From a virus (lineage: Duplodnaviria; Caudoviricetes): DNA of 61,809 nucleotides. Shown here piece by piece: positions 30,386-39,673 of this stretch. Under the pieces are notes generated by a model, which was not told where the DNA came from, did no database searches, and was given only the letters and a program-made list of their open reading frames with translations. The translations under genes were made by a program, and so were the position numbers. Location of the stretch: IMG/VR virus record IMGVR_UViG_3300012232_000012, positions 1 to 61,809 of that record. One strand, written 5' to 3'. The stretch's first letter is position 1; each line of letters starts with the position of its first letter.

Positions 30386-31489
30386 ATGGCAGAGACCACG
30401 TACACCCTTGCACAGCTAAGACAGGACATCTGTACTGAGATGAAGATGCCCTTCTTTCGGCGTTTCAATGGCGGGCAAACAGCAGATGCGGGTACTACCA
30501 CCACGCAGCTTGTCGATGCTGGCTTGACGCAGGGGGACGACTTCTGGGCGGGACAATGGTTGTATCGCCCTGCAACACAGAAGTCGGCATATATCACTAC
30601 GTTTCTGGCGAACACCAACACAGCCATCCTGGAGCAACCCATAGCCAGCCTAGCTACTGGAGACACTTACGAAATTCATGCCATATGGAATTCGTATGAG
30701 CTTCATCGAGCAATCAATCGGGCTATAGAGATGGATGGCAAGGCTTTCCCAGAGTCGGCATCAGACCAAACCACGGTGCTGGGTGAAGACCAGCTTACGT
30801 ACAGCCTTACTGGACTAGCCAAGAAGGTGTGGCTTCCGGCCAAGCTATGGATAGAAAGAGCTACCAGTGTCATACGGGGTCTGGCTACGGCTGGCGGTGC
30901 ATCGTCCATCACTGATAGCGTGGTTGACTTCACTGGAGTGACAAGCTCTTATTTGGTCAGCATCTATGCCGGTACTGGTAAGGGCCAGGTTCGCAGCGTA
31001 GCCAGTCTTACCGGCGTACACCAAATCAATGTTGCCGTTGCATGGGCTACCGTTCCTGACACCACATCCAAGTATGCTGTATGGAATCCAATTCAGGAAG
31101 TGAGTGACTGGTATCAGGTGCGAGCGGCTAGATGGGACTCCAAAGAGTTCCCCGACGCCCTGTATCTAAAGAGCCGTTACCCCTCCTTGTACGGTATGCG
31201 CATTCGCATTGAGTATTTGGTTCATCCAACCGGCCTGACAGCTGAAACTGATACCACCCTCGTCCCTAAAGAATACATTGTGGCTCGGGCCTGCTCAATT
31301 CTGCACGGCCAAGCCATTAGCGACAATCGTTTCAATCGTGAGATGCACTATGCTGAGAGCGTTCGTTACCAACAGCGGGCGGATGAAATTCTTGGCAGGT
31401 TCCACCCGCACACCCTGGACATAACTGTTTGGGAAGACCAAGACTCTCAGTATCGTGATACACTAGACCCTCTTGGTTGGCACGGATAA
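30386..31489 (+). CDS. head-tail adaptor / tail tubular A-like protein
   Basis: TLAQLRQDI, ELHRAINRAI, LTAETDTTLVP adaptor-type motifs with inserted beta modules. Confidence 0.6.
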   Translation: MAETTYTLAQLRQDICTEMKMPFFRRFNGGQTADAGTTTTQLVDAGLTQGDDFWAGQWLYRPATQKSAYITTFLANTNTAILEQPIASLATGDTYEIHAIWNSYELHRAINRAIEMDGKAFPESASDQTTVLGEDQLTYSLTGLAKKVWLPAKLWIERATSVIRGLATAGGASSITDSVVDFTGVTSSYLVSIYAGTGKGQVRSVASLTGVHQINVAVAWATVPDTTSKYAVWNPIQEVSDWYQVRAARWDSKEFPDALYLKSRYPSLYGMRIRIEYLVHPTGLTAETDTTLVPKEYIVARACSILHGQAISDNRFNREMHYAESVRYQQRADEILGRFHPHTLDITVWEDQDSQYRDTLDPLGWHG

Positions 31490-31495
31490 CATACT

Positions 31496-33967
31496 ATGGC
31501 AGACAGGCCCGGAGACATCGCCCTGAATGGCAAGTGGTACAAGATTGATTTGCCATCCTATCGGGTGAAGGACATCATCGACTTTGCACCCCGAGCCGCC
31601 ACTCCCGGCGGCTCTGTTGTGATGTCCGACCTCAACCTGTATCAGCCATTGATGATGACGGACTGGAAGCACGGTTTTGGTTTCCCGTGGCACACCGACC
31701 CACAGGGGTACATGCGCACGGATGGGCACTTGGATACCCGCCATTCTGGGCGTGTCATGATGAATGCTCTGGAGTACATAACAGACGCTACTGCGGGCGG
31801 CCAAAGGCGCGGATATGCCACGTTCAATGGATATGCATACAGCTACGGGGTAGGCGGGCTTCGCAGAACCAGCGACTTATACAGCGCTCTTGCTTGGTCA
31901 ACCCCTACGTTTTCAAATATAGAGCAAGCCGACGTTTCCAGAGCGATGGCTTCGGCGGCGGACGAACTCACCTTTAGGCATGTTGTCACCAGCCTGGGCC
32001 AGAATAGACTGCTCGTAGTTCGGGTTGGGGTTCGCAACAATGTTACCGTTAGTGGGGTGACATTTGACGGAGTAGCTCTTACTCAGCTAGCTACGGTTGG
32101 TGCAGGCCCCAAGGCACAGATATGGTACTTGAAGAACCCAACCCCAGCTACCGCCGATATTGTTGTTACTCTCGGCGCGGCTAGTACAGTGGTGGCGGGG
32201 GCTGCTACCTATCTATACGTTCATCAAACTACCACGTTTGGAACTGCCGTATCCACCTCTGGTAATGGCACATCCTCATCTATAGCGGTGTCAAGTGCAG
32301 CCAACGAGCTAACTATTGACATGCTATTCAAAGCCGGTGGCGGGGCTGATGCTATAATCATAGGCGCAAACCAGACACAAGACTTCCTGTCATCAACTGG
32401 AGTAGCCGGAGCCAATTCAGGCCAGGGTGCTGGCTCATATGAGGCCGGGGCTGCCACCAACACAATGACGTGGAGTTGGACAAACGCCCGCGACTATGCC
32501 GCTATTGGTGTGTCTCTAAAGCCAGCTACTCAGTCTGTAATCGGTGACATCAATTTCCTATTGGCAACCGAAGACTATCTGTTCTATGCCCCCGACGGAC
32601 AGCGCCTTCGCAAAATTAGCCAGGCCGATGTTGACTCGGAGGCGGGCCTAAGCACCACCTCTACAGATTACAAATGGCTCATCATCCATAAGGGATTTAT
32701 CTACGCTGGCAAGGACAATTCCAACCGAGTTCATTATAGCGACCAAGAAGACCTTAGCGATTTGGAAGGGGCTACGTCAGACCCGGATGCCATATATGTG
32801 GGACTTGGAAACAAGCCAACCATAGGGGCGGTTGTCTACGCAGGCAATCTATATGTAGCCCGCAGAGATGGCCTGTGGCACATCGGCGATGACAACATTG
32901 CCCGCAACGTTATCGACCTGACCAAGGAGCAGTCTCCTCAGAACTTCGAGACCATGACCATCTTTAATGGTCTACTCATATTCCCAGTGCGTGACCACAT
33001 CTATCAGTGGAACGGCTCGCGGGTGTCAGACATCACACCTCAACCTCTGTCTGACCAGTTCCCTTACGTACACTTCAAGAAATACATCGCCTTCTTGCAG
33101 GGCGGCGGCTTCCTATATTGCATTGGGCAGACCAGCGATGCTGCCTATCCAAAGTACCAGTTACTTTCGTGGGATGGGGCATCCTGGCACAAGATGTTCG
33201 ACATGACCGATGGAACGTCTGCTACCCCCGAAACAACGGCCATGTACTTCGACGCCTTGCGCACGTTCAATGCCGATTCCGATACCATTCTATACGGGTA
33301 CTCGGATGGTTCGACACACAGAACTTATGCATGGTATCCCTCCAAGGATGGAGAGTTCCCATACCCTGCCTTCCCTACCACCGGGACTCATGCGCTCGTT
33401 ACATCTCGCCTGGACATGGGCTTCCGTCGAGTGGTGAAGTCCGCCACGTCCTTGCTGATGGAAGTAAGCAATGTCACCACCCTCAGATACATGAAGGTTT
33501 ACTACAAACTGGACGATGGTGATTGGGTGTTCTGGTCGGACATTAAGCGCAATGGAGTAGTGGAGCTACGAGACCCAGGCGGCAACCATACCGTTGAGTT
33601 CAACTATATACAATTGAGGGTTGAGTTCGTTACTAATTCCGCTACTCAAACACCCGTACTGGAGAGCTTCACACTTCGGTTCATCATGCGCCCGGACGTT
33701 CGGTACGGGTACAACTTCAACATCCTGGCCGCTCCCAACATGGAGCATGGGATGTATGCCAACCCCACATCTCCGAGTAAGGTAGTCAAGGAGATTAGAA
33801 AACTGCGGGATAGTAAGGCGACCATTGAGTTCACTGACTTGGTGGGAGACCACTACTATGCCTACATCTCATCCATGACTGAAATACCCCTGGAGCGCAG
33901 AGGCGATAACGAAGAAGGCGGGTTCAGTATTGAATACAGGATTAATGTCAACTTGGTGGTGATGTAA
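31496..33967 (+). CDS. tail nozzle / tail tubular B-like beta-propeller protein with inserted domain
   Basis: 823 aa; position after adaptor; propeller-like repeats; TSRLDMG motif. Confidence 0.6.
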   Translation: MADRPGDIALNGKWYKIDLPSYRVKDIIDFAPRAATPGGSVVMSDLNLYQPLMMTDWKHGFGFPWHTDPQGYMRTDGHLDTRHSGRVMMNALEYITDATAGGQRRGYATFNGYAYSYGVGGLRRTSDLYSALAWSTPTFSNIEQADVSRAMASAADELTFRHVVTSLGQNRLLVVRVGVRNNVTVSGVTFDGVALTQLATVGAGPKAQIWYLKNPTPATADIVVTLGAASTVVAGAATYLYVHQTTTFGTAVSTSGNGTSSSIAVSSAANELTIDMLFKAGGGADAIIIGANQTQDFLSSTGVAGANSGQGAGSYEAGAATNTMTWSWTNARDYAAIGVSLKPATQSVIGDINFLLATEDYLFYAPDGQRLRKISQADVDSEAGLSTTSTDYKWLIIHKGFIYAGKDNSNRVHYSDQEDLSDLEGATSDPDAIYVGLGNKPTIGAVVYAGNLYVARRDGLWHIGDDNIARNVIDLTKEQSPQNFETMTIFNGLLIFPVRDHIYQWNGSRVSDITPQPLSDQFPYVHFKKYIAFLQGGGFLYCIGQTSDAAYPKYQLLSWDGASWHKMFDMTDGTSATPETTAMYFDALRTFNADSDTILYGYSDGSTHRTYAWYPSKDGEFPYPAFPTTGTHALVTSRLDMGFRRVVKSATSLLMEVSNVTTLRYMKVYYKLDDGDWVFWSDIKRNGVVELRDPGGNHTVEFNYIQLRVEFVTNSATQTPVLESFTLRFIMRPDVRYGYNFNILAAPNMEHGMYANPTSPSKVVKEIRKLRDSKATIEFTDLVGDHYYAYISSMTEIPLERRGDNEEGGFSIEYRINVNLVVM

Positions 33968-35445
33968 TGGCTAGAGGTAGAGGGTACTCCACCAAGATTA
34001 GAGCGCCACGCTTCAAGACTGAGAAACGCATTAAGTTGCCCCAGCCTGCAAAGCGTCCTCTTCAATTCCAAACACGGACGCTTATTAGGCATGAGCTTAT
34101 CAACCGCGACCCTTGGTGGTTCGTGCTGCATCGCCGAGGTATTCGCCGCCCAAAGGTTGGTGAGGATGAGCTAGAAGCCCGCGCCGTCCCACATTCCCTG
34201 GTACGTGGTACACTTCCAGAAAGAATCATATACAAGTATCTGGTAGAGATGTTCCACATGATTCCGGGAGTCGACTTCGATTTCCAGTCCTGTGTTGCTA
34301 GTAATCATAAGGTTCTTACCGCAGACTTGAGGTGGGTTGATGCGGGTTCTTTGGTGGCCGGGGACGAGTTACTTAGCTTTACCGAAGACGGCGACCCAAT
34401 GCGCAAGTGGACGAAAGGAACGGTTACTTTCAATAAAGTCGAAGATATGGAAGCCTACAAAGTCAAGTTGTCTGATGGAAGAGAAATCATTACCACCCCC
34501 AATCATCCTTGGTTGGTTCATTATTCCCCAGATAGGCGCGATTGGGGAAGGAACACTGGATATTCCTGGGTAGAGACACAGAATTTACGTATAGGAGGAT
34601 ATGTCCCTGTCTTTGTGGATGTTTGGGACGCCGACGATTCCAGGGAAGCTGGATGGGTGGCCGGATTTTTTGATGGGGAGGGGGCAGTCGTACATGGAAA
34701 GACACAAACCGGAGGTCATAGTCTTTCTGTTACAATTGGTCAGAACAAGTCCATCATGCTTGACCGATTCAACGAGTATGCCGAACAGTTGGGCTATGAG
34801 TTTACAAACTATGACTATACCGACAACAGGTATCATCGGTCTTATGACAATGGATACCGCAAGGTTGTAAATTGTAGGCTGGCTGGCGGTAGAGCGGAGT
34901 GTCTTCGTTTTCTTGGTTCTGTTTGTCCTGCCAAGTTGAAATATTTGAACCTAGAAAAACTTGGTAAACTGACTAAGATACGGCAGGTACAGATTGTATC
35001 TGTAGAACCAATAGGCAATGTGCCTATTGCTCGTTTGGAAGTAGACAAACATACCTACATAGCAGAAGGTTTTGGTATGCATAACTCACTCCAGGGCGGG
35101 CGTATTGACCTCGGCGGTATCGTGGCTGACTTCTTGTTTCCGCAACTACGAATAGTCATCAATCCAATGGGGCCGACGCACGAAGAGTTCATGCGTATGC
35201 GCAAGGACGATGAGCAGACGCTAGTGCTGGCAGAGATGGGCTACACCCAGTATCTTATTTGGGAATGGGAGGTCTATGACGAGGCCAGGCTGGACGATTG
35301 GATGAACCGTAACATTCGTCTACACCAGGGCGGAGACTGGTCTCCCGAACACGATACTGAAACTACGTGGCTGAATGATTGGAACCCATCCCTAACCGGA
35401 GTTCTGTTCCGTCAGTCACAGATGCAGGAATATATCAATGGCTGA
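33967..35445 (+). CDS. DUF559/Vsr-like nuclease-fold protein interrupted by an intein
   Basis: Exteins TLPERIIYKYL...FQS | SLQGG...VADFLFPQLRIVI...GPTH...KDDEQ...EMGY...IWEWEV. Confidence 0.7.
   Translation: MARGRGYSTKIRAPRFKTEKRIKLPQPAKRPLQFQTRTLIRHELINRDPWWFVLHRRGIRRPKVGEDELEARAVPHSLVRGTLPERIIYKYLVEMFHMIPGVDFDFQSCVASNHKVLTADLRWVDAGSLVAGDELLSFTEDGDPMRKWTKGTVTFNKVEDMEAYKVKLSDGREIITTPNHPWLVHYSPDRRDWGRNTGYSWVETQNLRIGGYVPVFVDVWDADDSREAGWVAGFFDGEGAVVHGKTQTGGHSLSVTIGQNKSIMLDRFNEYAEQLGYEFTNYDYTDNRYHRSYDNGYRKVVNCRLAGGRAECLRFLGSVCPAKLKYLNLEKLGKLTKIRQVQIVSVEPIGNVPIARLEVDKHTYIAEGFGMHNSLQGGRIDLGGIVADFLFPQLRIVINPMGPTHEEFMRMRKDDEQTLVLAEMGYTQYLIWEWEVYDEARLDDWMNRNIRLHQGGDWSPEHDTETTWLNDWNPSLTGVLFRQSQMQEYING
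34291..35085 (+). mobile_element. intein (265 aa) with a single LAGLIDADG motif
   Basis: C1 (CVASNHKVLTADLRW), block B TTPNHPW, WVAGFFDGEG, terminal HTYIAEGFGMHN followed by Ser +1. Confidence 0.92.
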
Positions 35446-36295
35446 GATGACCATTCAAGAACTCAAAAAAGTGTTGGATGATGTGGTTGACCGACTAGAC
35501 CACCTTACCCAAATCCCGCCCAACTATGTCCAGGCTTATTCCTTGGATATGATTTCCCACAATGCTGGACTAATTTCCTCTGGTGAATTCCGCTCTGGAA
35601 ACAATAAGGAACCAGGCATGGGATTTACTGGTGTGCGCATGGGGTATCCTGGGTTCACATACGGGGCGGAAGAGTGGCAGTTTGCTGGCGTAGAGAATGA
35701 CATCCTACAAGTTGGAATCAAAATTTCAGATGGTAAGCTGTATGCTGGGGCGGGGGATGTCATAGTTGATAGTGTAGGCATTTTCATAAAGAATGACCAG
35801 GATTCTGGGCTATCTTTTGGCGACTCTAACAATAATCGGGGTCTTATTGACTTCAAAAGTGGGTTGAGTGATGAGCTTAGAATCAGGAATCTGGTTCCCG
35901 GAGGGAACGGGGGCATAGTCTTTTATGTAAAACTAACAGAGGGTTCGACTCCTAGCACAGCTATCCGAGAAGACCCAGGGCAGATAAATAGGTTCCTTAT
36001 CATTTCTGGGCAGGGGACACAAGGAGGAGGAATCTCGGCGGGAGGAGAAGCTGTCTTGTTTTCTGGCGGGCCGTCTGGAGGCAGTACATACTTGGGGATG
36101 AATGGAGGGAATGGGTCTGCTATGTTTGCCACTCCTCCCAATCCTACGAATAATTCTCTGGTTTCTGAGGGCCACATATACATCAGAAATGAAAAAATAG
36201 TGTTCCAGTATAATGATTCTGGAACTGTTCGCTATAAATATCTGCCACTTACGGGTACTTCCGTAACGTGGGTTCATTCTCTTAGCGCACCTTGA
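35438..36295 (+). CDS. tail fibre/spike-related protein
   Basis: Gly-rich beta protein in tail module. Confidence 0.55.
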   Translation: MAEMTIQELKKVLDDVVDRLDHLTQIPPNYVQAYSLDMISHNAGLISSGEFRSGNNKEPGMGFTGVRMGYPGFTYGAEEWQFAGVENDILQVGIKISDGKLYAGAGDVIVDSVGIFIKNDQDSGLSFGDSNNNRGLIDFKSGLSDELRIRNLVPGGNGGIVFYVKLTEGSTPSTAIREDPGQINRFLIISGQGTQGGGISAGGEAVLFSGGPSGGSTYLGMNGGNGSAMFATPPNPTNNSLVSEGHIYIRNEKIVFQYNDSGTVRYKYLPLTGTSVTWVHSLSAP

Positions 36296-36317
36296 TTTCT
36301 CCCCTGGTGGAACATTC

Positions 36318-36464
36318 ATGATAGACCATAATCATGAGACGGGAAAAGTCCGAGGTCTTCTGTGTAATTATTGCAATCGCCTTATTGGGGCGATTGAATC
36401 TGATGTTGGCCGCGCAAAGGCCGCCACTGTTTATTTGGAGCTTCACTCAACTACAGCGCCATAG
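36318..36464 (+). pseudogene. N-terminally truncated endonuclease VII-family (homing) endonuclease remnant
   Basis: MIDHNHETGKVRGLLCNYCNRLIG...HSTTAP*; 48 codons, below the ORF-track cutoff. Confidence 0.8.
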
Positions 36465-36472
36465 GAGACACT

Positions 36473-36652
36473 ATGTTTACAGATGAAGAGCTTAGCGTCA
36501 TATCGCAAATTATTCGCAATGTCCCCATCACTGGGACGCTCGACACTTTGCCTATTCAATTGGCAAAACTTGCAGAAATCCTTCGCAAGATTGATGTTGA
36601 GTTACGAACCCGGTCAGAGACCGAGCAGTACCTCGCCTCGCACTCCAGTTGA
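36473..36652 (+). CDS. small helical protein (59 aa), possible tail chaperone
   Basis: SD AGGAG; MFTDEELSVISQIIRNVP... Confidence 0.6.
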   Translation: MFTDEELSVISQIIRNVPITGTLDTLPIQLAKLAEILRKIDVELRTRSETEQYLASHSS

Positions 36653-36683
36653 TTTCGCATAGCTGAACTGGTACAATTGAACT

Positions 36684-37145
36684 ATGAGTGCATGGAGTGT
36701 ATTCTCTGCGTCCAGGACTAACTTCACCTTCACCCCAGGTGAACATATTATGATTCTCGAAGGGAACTCCGATAAGAGAATCGTATTACTGCAAGTCACC
36801 CTTTTTGGGATGGGTATAGCGTCTTCTCCAAACGAGGTTCAAATCACGAGAAGTATCATAGAGACCTACACGGACGGGGTATCCTTAATGGCACTGGAAC
36901 CGGAGGGTGAAACTTTGTCCAACGTTTTTGCTGGTTGGACATTTGTCGTACAGCCAACTGTACAGGACGTGCTTACATCATTAGTAGTTAACTCCGATGG
37001 AGGCATAGCTGTTTGGGATTACCGGCACGGTGAAGGAGACAGTCCGGTTTCCGCAAATAGGGTGGGTGAGCATATTTCTTTCAAGGCAATTCAAGGAGCC
37101 GGGCCTCTATCTATGACAGTGCTTGTCGGAGAGTACGGCAATTAA
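36684..37145 (+). CDS. virion protein, paralog of 37194-37628
   Basis: GMGIASSPNEVQITRS / QPTVQDVL / VNSDGG. Confidence 0.6.
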   Translation: MSAWSVFSASRTNFTFTPGEHIMILEGNSDKRIVLLQVTLFGMGIASSPNEVQITRSIIETYTDGVSLMALEPEGETLSNVFAGWTFVVQPTVQDVLTSLVVNSDGGIAVWDYRHGEGDSPVSANRVGEHISFKAIQGAGPLSMTVLVGEYGN

Positions 37146-37193
37146 TTTGGTTATATGAACCACTAAACGCCCAAACGGGCAAGGAGATTTGAA

Positions 37194-37628
37194 ATGGCTC
37201 ATTATGCAATGTCAGTATCGAACACGGCGCTCAGCACTTCCAATGATTTGCTGACCCTCATTGCAGCGGCAAACCGCCGCATTCGTGTCGTCGAGATTTC
37301 TGTCGGCGGCATGGGTACGGCTTCGGCTGCAAATGAGTTGCGTGTTGCTCGCTCAACTGGTGGGACGACCCCATCTGGTGGCGTGTCAATGGAGCCTCTG
37401 GAGCCGGATTCTGCGGCTGCTGGCTTCACCAACGCAACTGCTTGGGCGGCACAGCCTACCATCGGCAACGTCATGCTACGTATTCCAGTGAATGCAAATG
37501 GTGGCGTGTATCGGTGGGTGGCACGCCCAGGCGAGGAAATCATCGCTCGTAACTCGGGCCAGATTTCGTTGCGCTCTGCTGTCGGTACGTCATCCGTTAG
37601 CCTCCATGTCGTAGTTGACGAGTTCTAA
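37194..37628 (+). CDS. virion protein
   Basis: GMGTASAANELRVARS / QPTIGNVM / VNANGG; SD AAGGAG. Confidence 0.7.
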   Translation: MAHYAMSVSNTALSTSNDLLTLIAAANRRIRVVEISVGGMGTASAANELRVARSTGGTTPSGGVSMEPLEPDSAAAGFTNATAWAAQPTIGNVMLRIPVNANGGVYRWVARPGEEIIARNSGQISLRSAVGTSSVSLHVVVDEF

Positions 37629-37717
37629 GAGGGAGGAGCCATGATGACATGGCTCATCTGTCTCTTCGAGTATGGCCCCGTGATGAGCGGGGTTATTTAC
37701 GTTGAAAAAGGTGTAAT

Positions 37718-39166
37718 ATGAAAAGACAATCTATTGCATTGCTGGCGCTGGTTGTTATAGGGTTTGCTATTGGCGTTACTGCCAGTCGGTCATTGCCGCC
37801 CCTTTCTTCTGTATTAGCAGCAAAGAATACACCCACACATACATCTACTGCAACAGCAACCATTGTTGTGGAAGATACGCTTACGCCTACTGTGACCCCC
37901 TCGGCTACTCCAATCGTAACAGTCACCTCAATCGTAACATCAACCTCAGAGGCTACTGTTACACCTACGCCAAATTCGGTAGTGGAGCCTTATCCCGAAG
38001 CGCCTCTATGTCCTGATAGTGGGCTACTTCACAACTATATTGAATTTCATACTATTTGGGATAGTATGCGGGGGTGTCATTATGACCATGAACATGGGAC
38101 AAACCCGTTTACGCCAGAGATGGACGCAATCCTGCCAGGGATAGAGTCCTTCCTGGGCGGGGTGCAAATAGGCTCAACTAATCCATCCTCACCCATCGAG
38201 AACGTCTTGAAGCACGGCGGGGAAAAGTGGGACGCGATTATCTCCAACCCTCATGGCTGCCTTGCGGGGTTTGAGGGCGCGGAATGGTGTGTGAAGGCCG
38301 CCGCCATCCAGTACCACAACTTCGGCAACTACGCGGTAGAGTTCAATGCCCGAATACACTCCGCAGAGGGTTTCTTGTTAGTGTGTGACCCAGCCAACCC
38401 CAGCGATTGCGGTACGCTTTATACATCCCAACTGGAGGACTACGGCCAGCGGGTGACGCCTTATCAAGGAACTGTCTTACCTTATCCAGATAATTTTTTT
38501 CCTGAATATGTCTCTCCGCGTGGCCCATATTTCACAATAGATTGTGTTTATTTGGAACTTACTGGTTGTCGGTCAACTTTGTCGTTTATCAGAGATAGAA
38601 ATTTGAATACAAACAGTATTTGGACTTCTAAGCCTACTGGATTTCCGGGTGAACCGCGTCCTGCGAGTTCAACTATTTTGAAACTTCTTTTTAGAGTACG
38701 GGATACTTATCAAGTTTTGGATAGTCGAGATTTGGTGTATCCATTTACTTTCCCTTTTGTATGTTCGTCGGATGGTGGAGTAACTTACAATCCAATTGGA
38801 TGTAAGTATAACAACAGTACTACAGCGATACACGAGGTTAGCGGGATAATTCCGGCGTCATGGGACAATTTAGTAGATTTTGATACTAACCCTGAGGTAG
38901 GACGTATTACCGCCGAGGGCTACACAGATAGATTTGGTACGTTGGTTCTTCCACTGGATTGCACCATTCCTAGTGACGATTGTTTTCCTATAAAGATGGA
39001 AAATATGTTCATCGGCTCTTATGGGGACTTTCTGACACTGATAAAGACCTCGAATACAACGATTACGAGTAATCCTCCACGCAACATTTACTTCTGTGGC
39101 GGGGTTGTTTGCGCAGAAACCGCGCCGGGTGCAATAGCATCAGGCTGGATAGGCCCGGAGAATTAA
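37718..39166 (+). CDS. secreted/membrane-anchored Cys-rich protein with Thr/Pro linker
   Basis: Signal-like N-terminus MKRQSIALLALVVIG, TPT repeats, CHYDHEHG motif, many Cys. Confidence 0.7.
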   Translation: MKRQSIALLALVVIGFAIGVTASRSLPPLSSVLAAKNTPTHTSTATATIVVEDTLTPTVTPSATPIVTVTSIVTSTSEATVTPTPNSVVEPYPEAPLCPDSGLLHNYIEFHTIWDSMRGCHYDHEHGTNPFTPEMDAILPGIESFLGGVQIGSTNPSSPIENVLKHGGEKWDAIISNPHGCLAGFEGAEWCVKAAAIQYHNFGNYAVEFNARIHSAEGFLLVCDPANPSDCGTLYTSQLEDYGQRVTPYQGTVLPYPDNFFPEYVSPRGPYFTIDCVYLELTGCRSTLSFIRDRNLNTNSIWTSKPTGFPGEPRPASSTILKLLFRVRDTYQVLDSRDLVYPFTFPFVCSSDGGVTYNPIGCKYNNSTTAIHEVSGIIPASWDNLVDFDTNPEVGRITAEGYTDRFGTLVLPLDCTIPSDDCFPIKMENMFIGSYGDFLTLIKTSNTTITSNPPRNIYFCGGVVCAETAPGAIASGWIGPEN

Positions 39167-39168
39167 AC

Positions 39169-39510
39169 ATGGCACTCGTAGAGCGACTGACGTATCGGGA
39201 AGAGCCGTTCATTGCCACGCACGCTTTCTATGCGGCAATGATAGAACTTCTCATGGGGCGTGTCACATCGGCGGGAATAAAGGGTTACTTGGGAATGGAT
39301 ACGGCTGCTGCCGCAGAGCTGGATGCGCTTATTGCCAACGCGCCAAGTGGCACATCGGCCACGGCGCTCGCTAACCGTGCGCTGTACGTGCACGGCATCC
39401 ACTCAATAATTGTCTTGGCTAATCATCGAGAGGGCAACAGCCCTCCCGGTGGTACTCTACCGCCCGGATACGACACCCCTGCTGCTGTGCGGAGTAAGCT
39501 GGGAATATAG
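39169..39510 (+). CDS. hypothetical protein
   Basis: SD GGAG before ATG 39169. Confidence 0.6.
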   Translation: MALVERLTYREEPFIATHAFYAAMIELLMGRVTSAGIKGYLGMDTAAAAELDALIANAPSGTSATALANRALYVHGIHSIIVLANHREGNSPPGGTLPPGYDTPAAVRSKLGI

Positions 39511-39673
39511 CCGATGAAAAAGACACATTCTTGTCGGAGTACATCAGTGGTCTGGCATCGTCGGTTAGGTTCATTACTGAACCAACTTCTGCCCGCCGAA
39601 CAACCATTAGGGGCGTTCCCTGCCTATGCGCTGATGTACCCCGAAAAGGATACGTCTTGGAGATGATTATATC

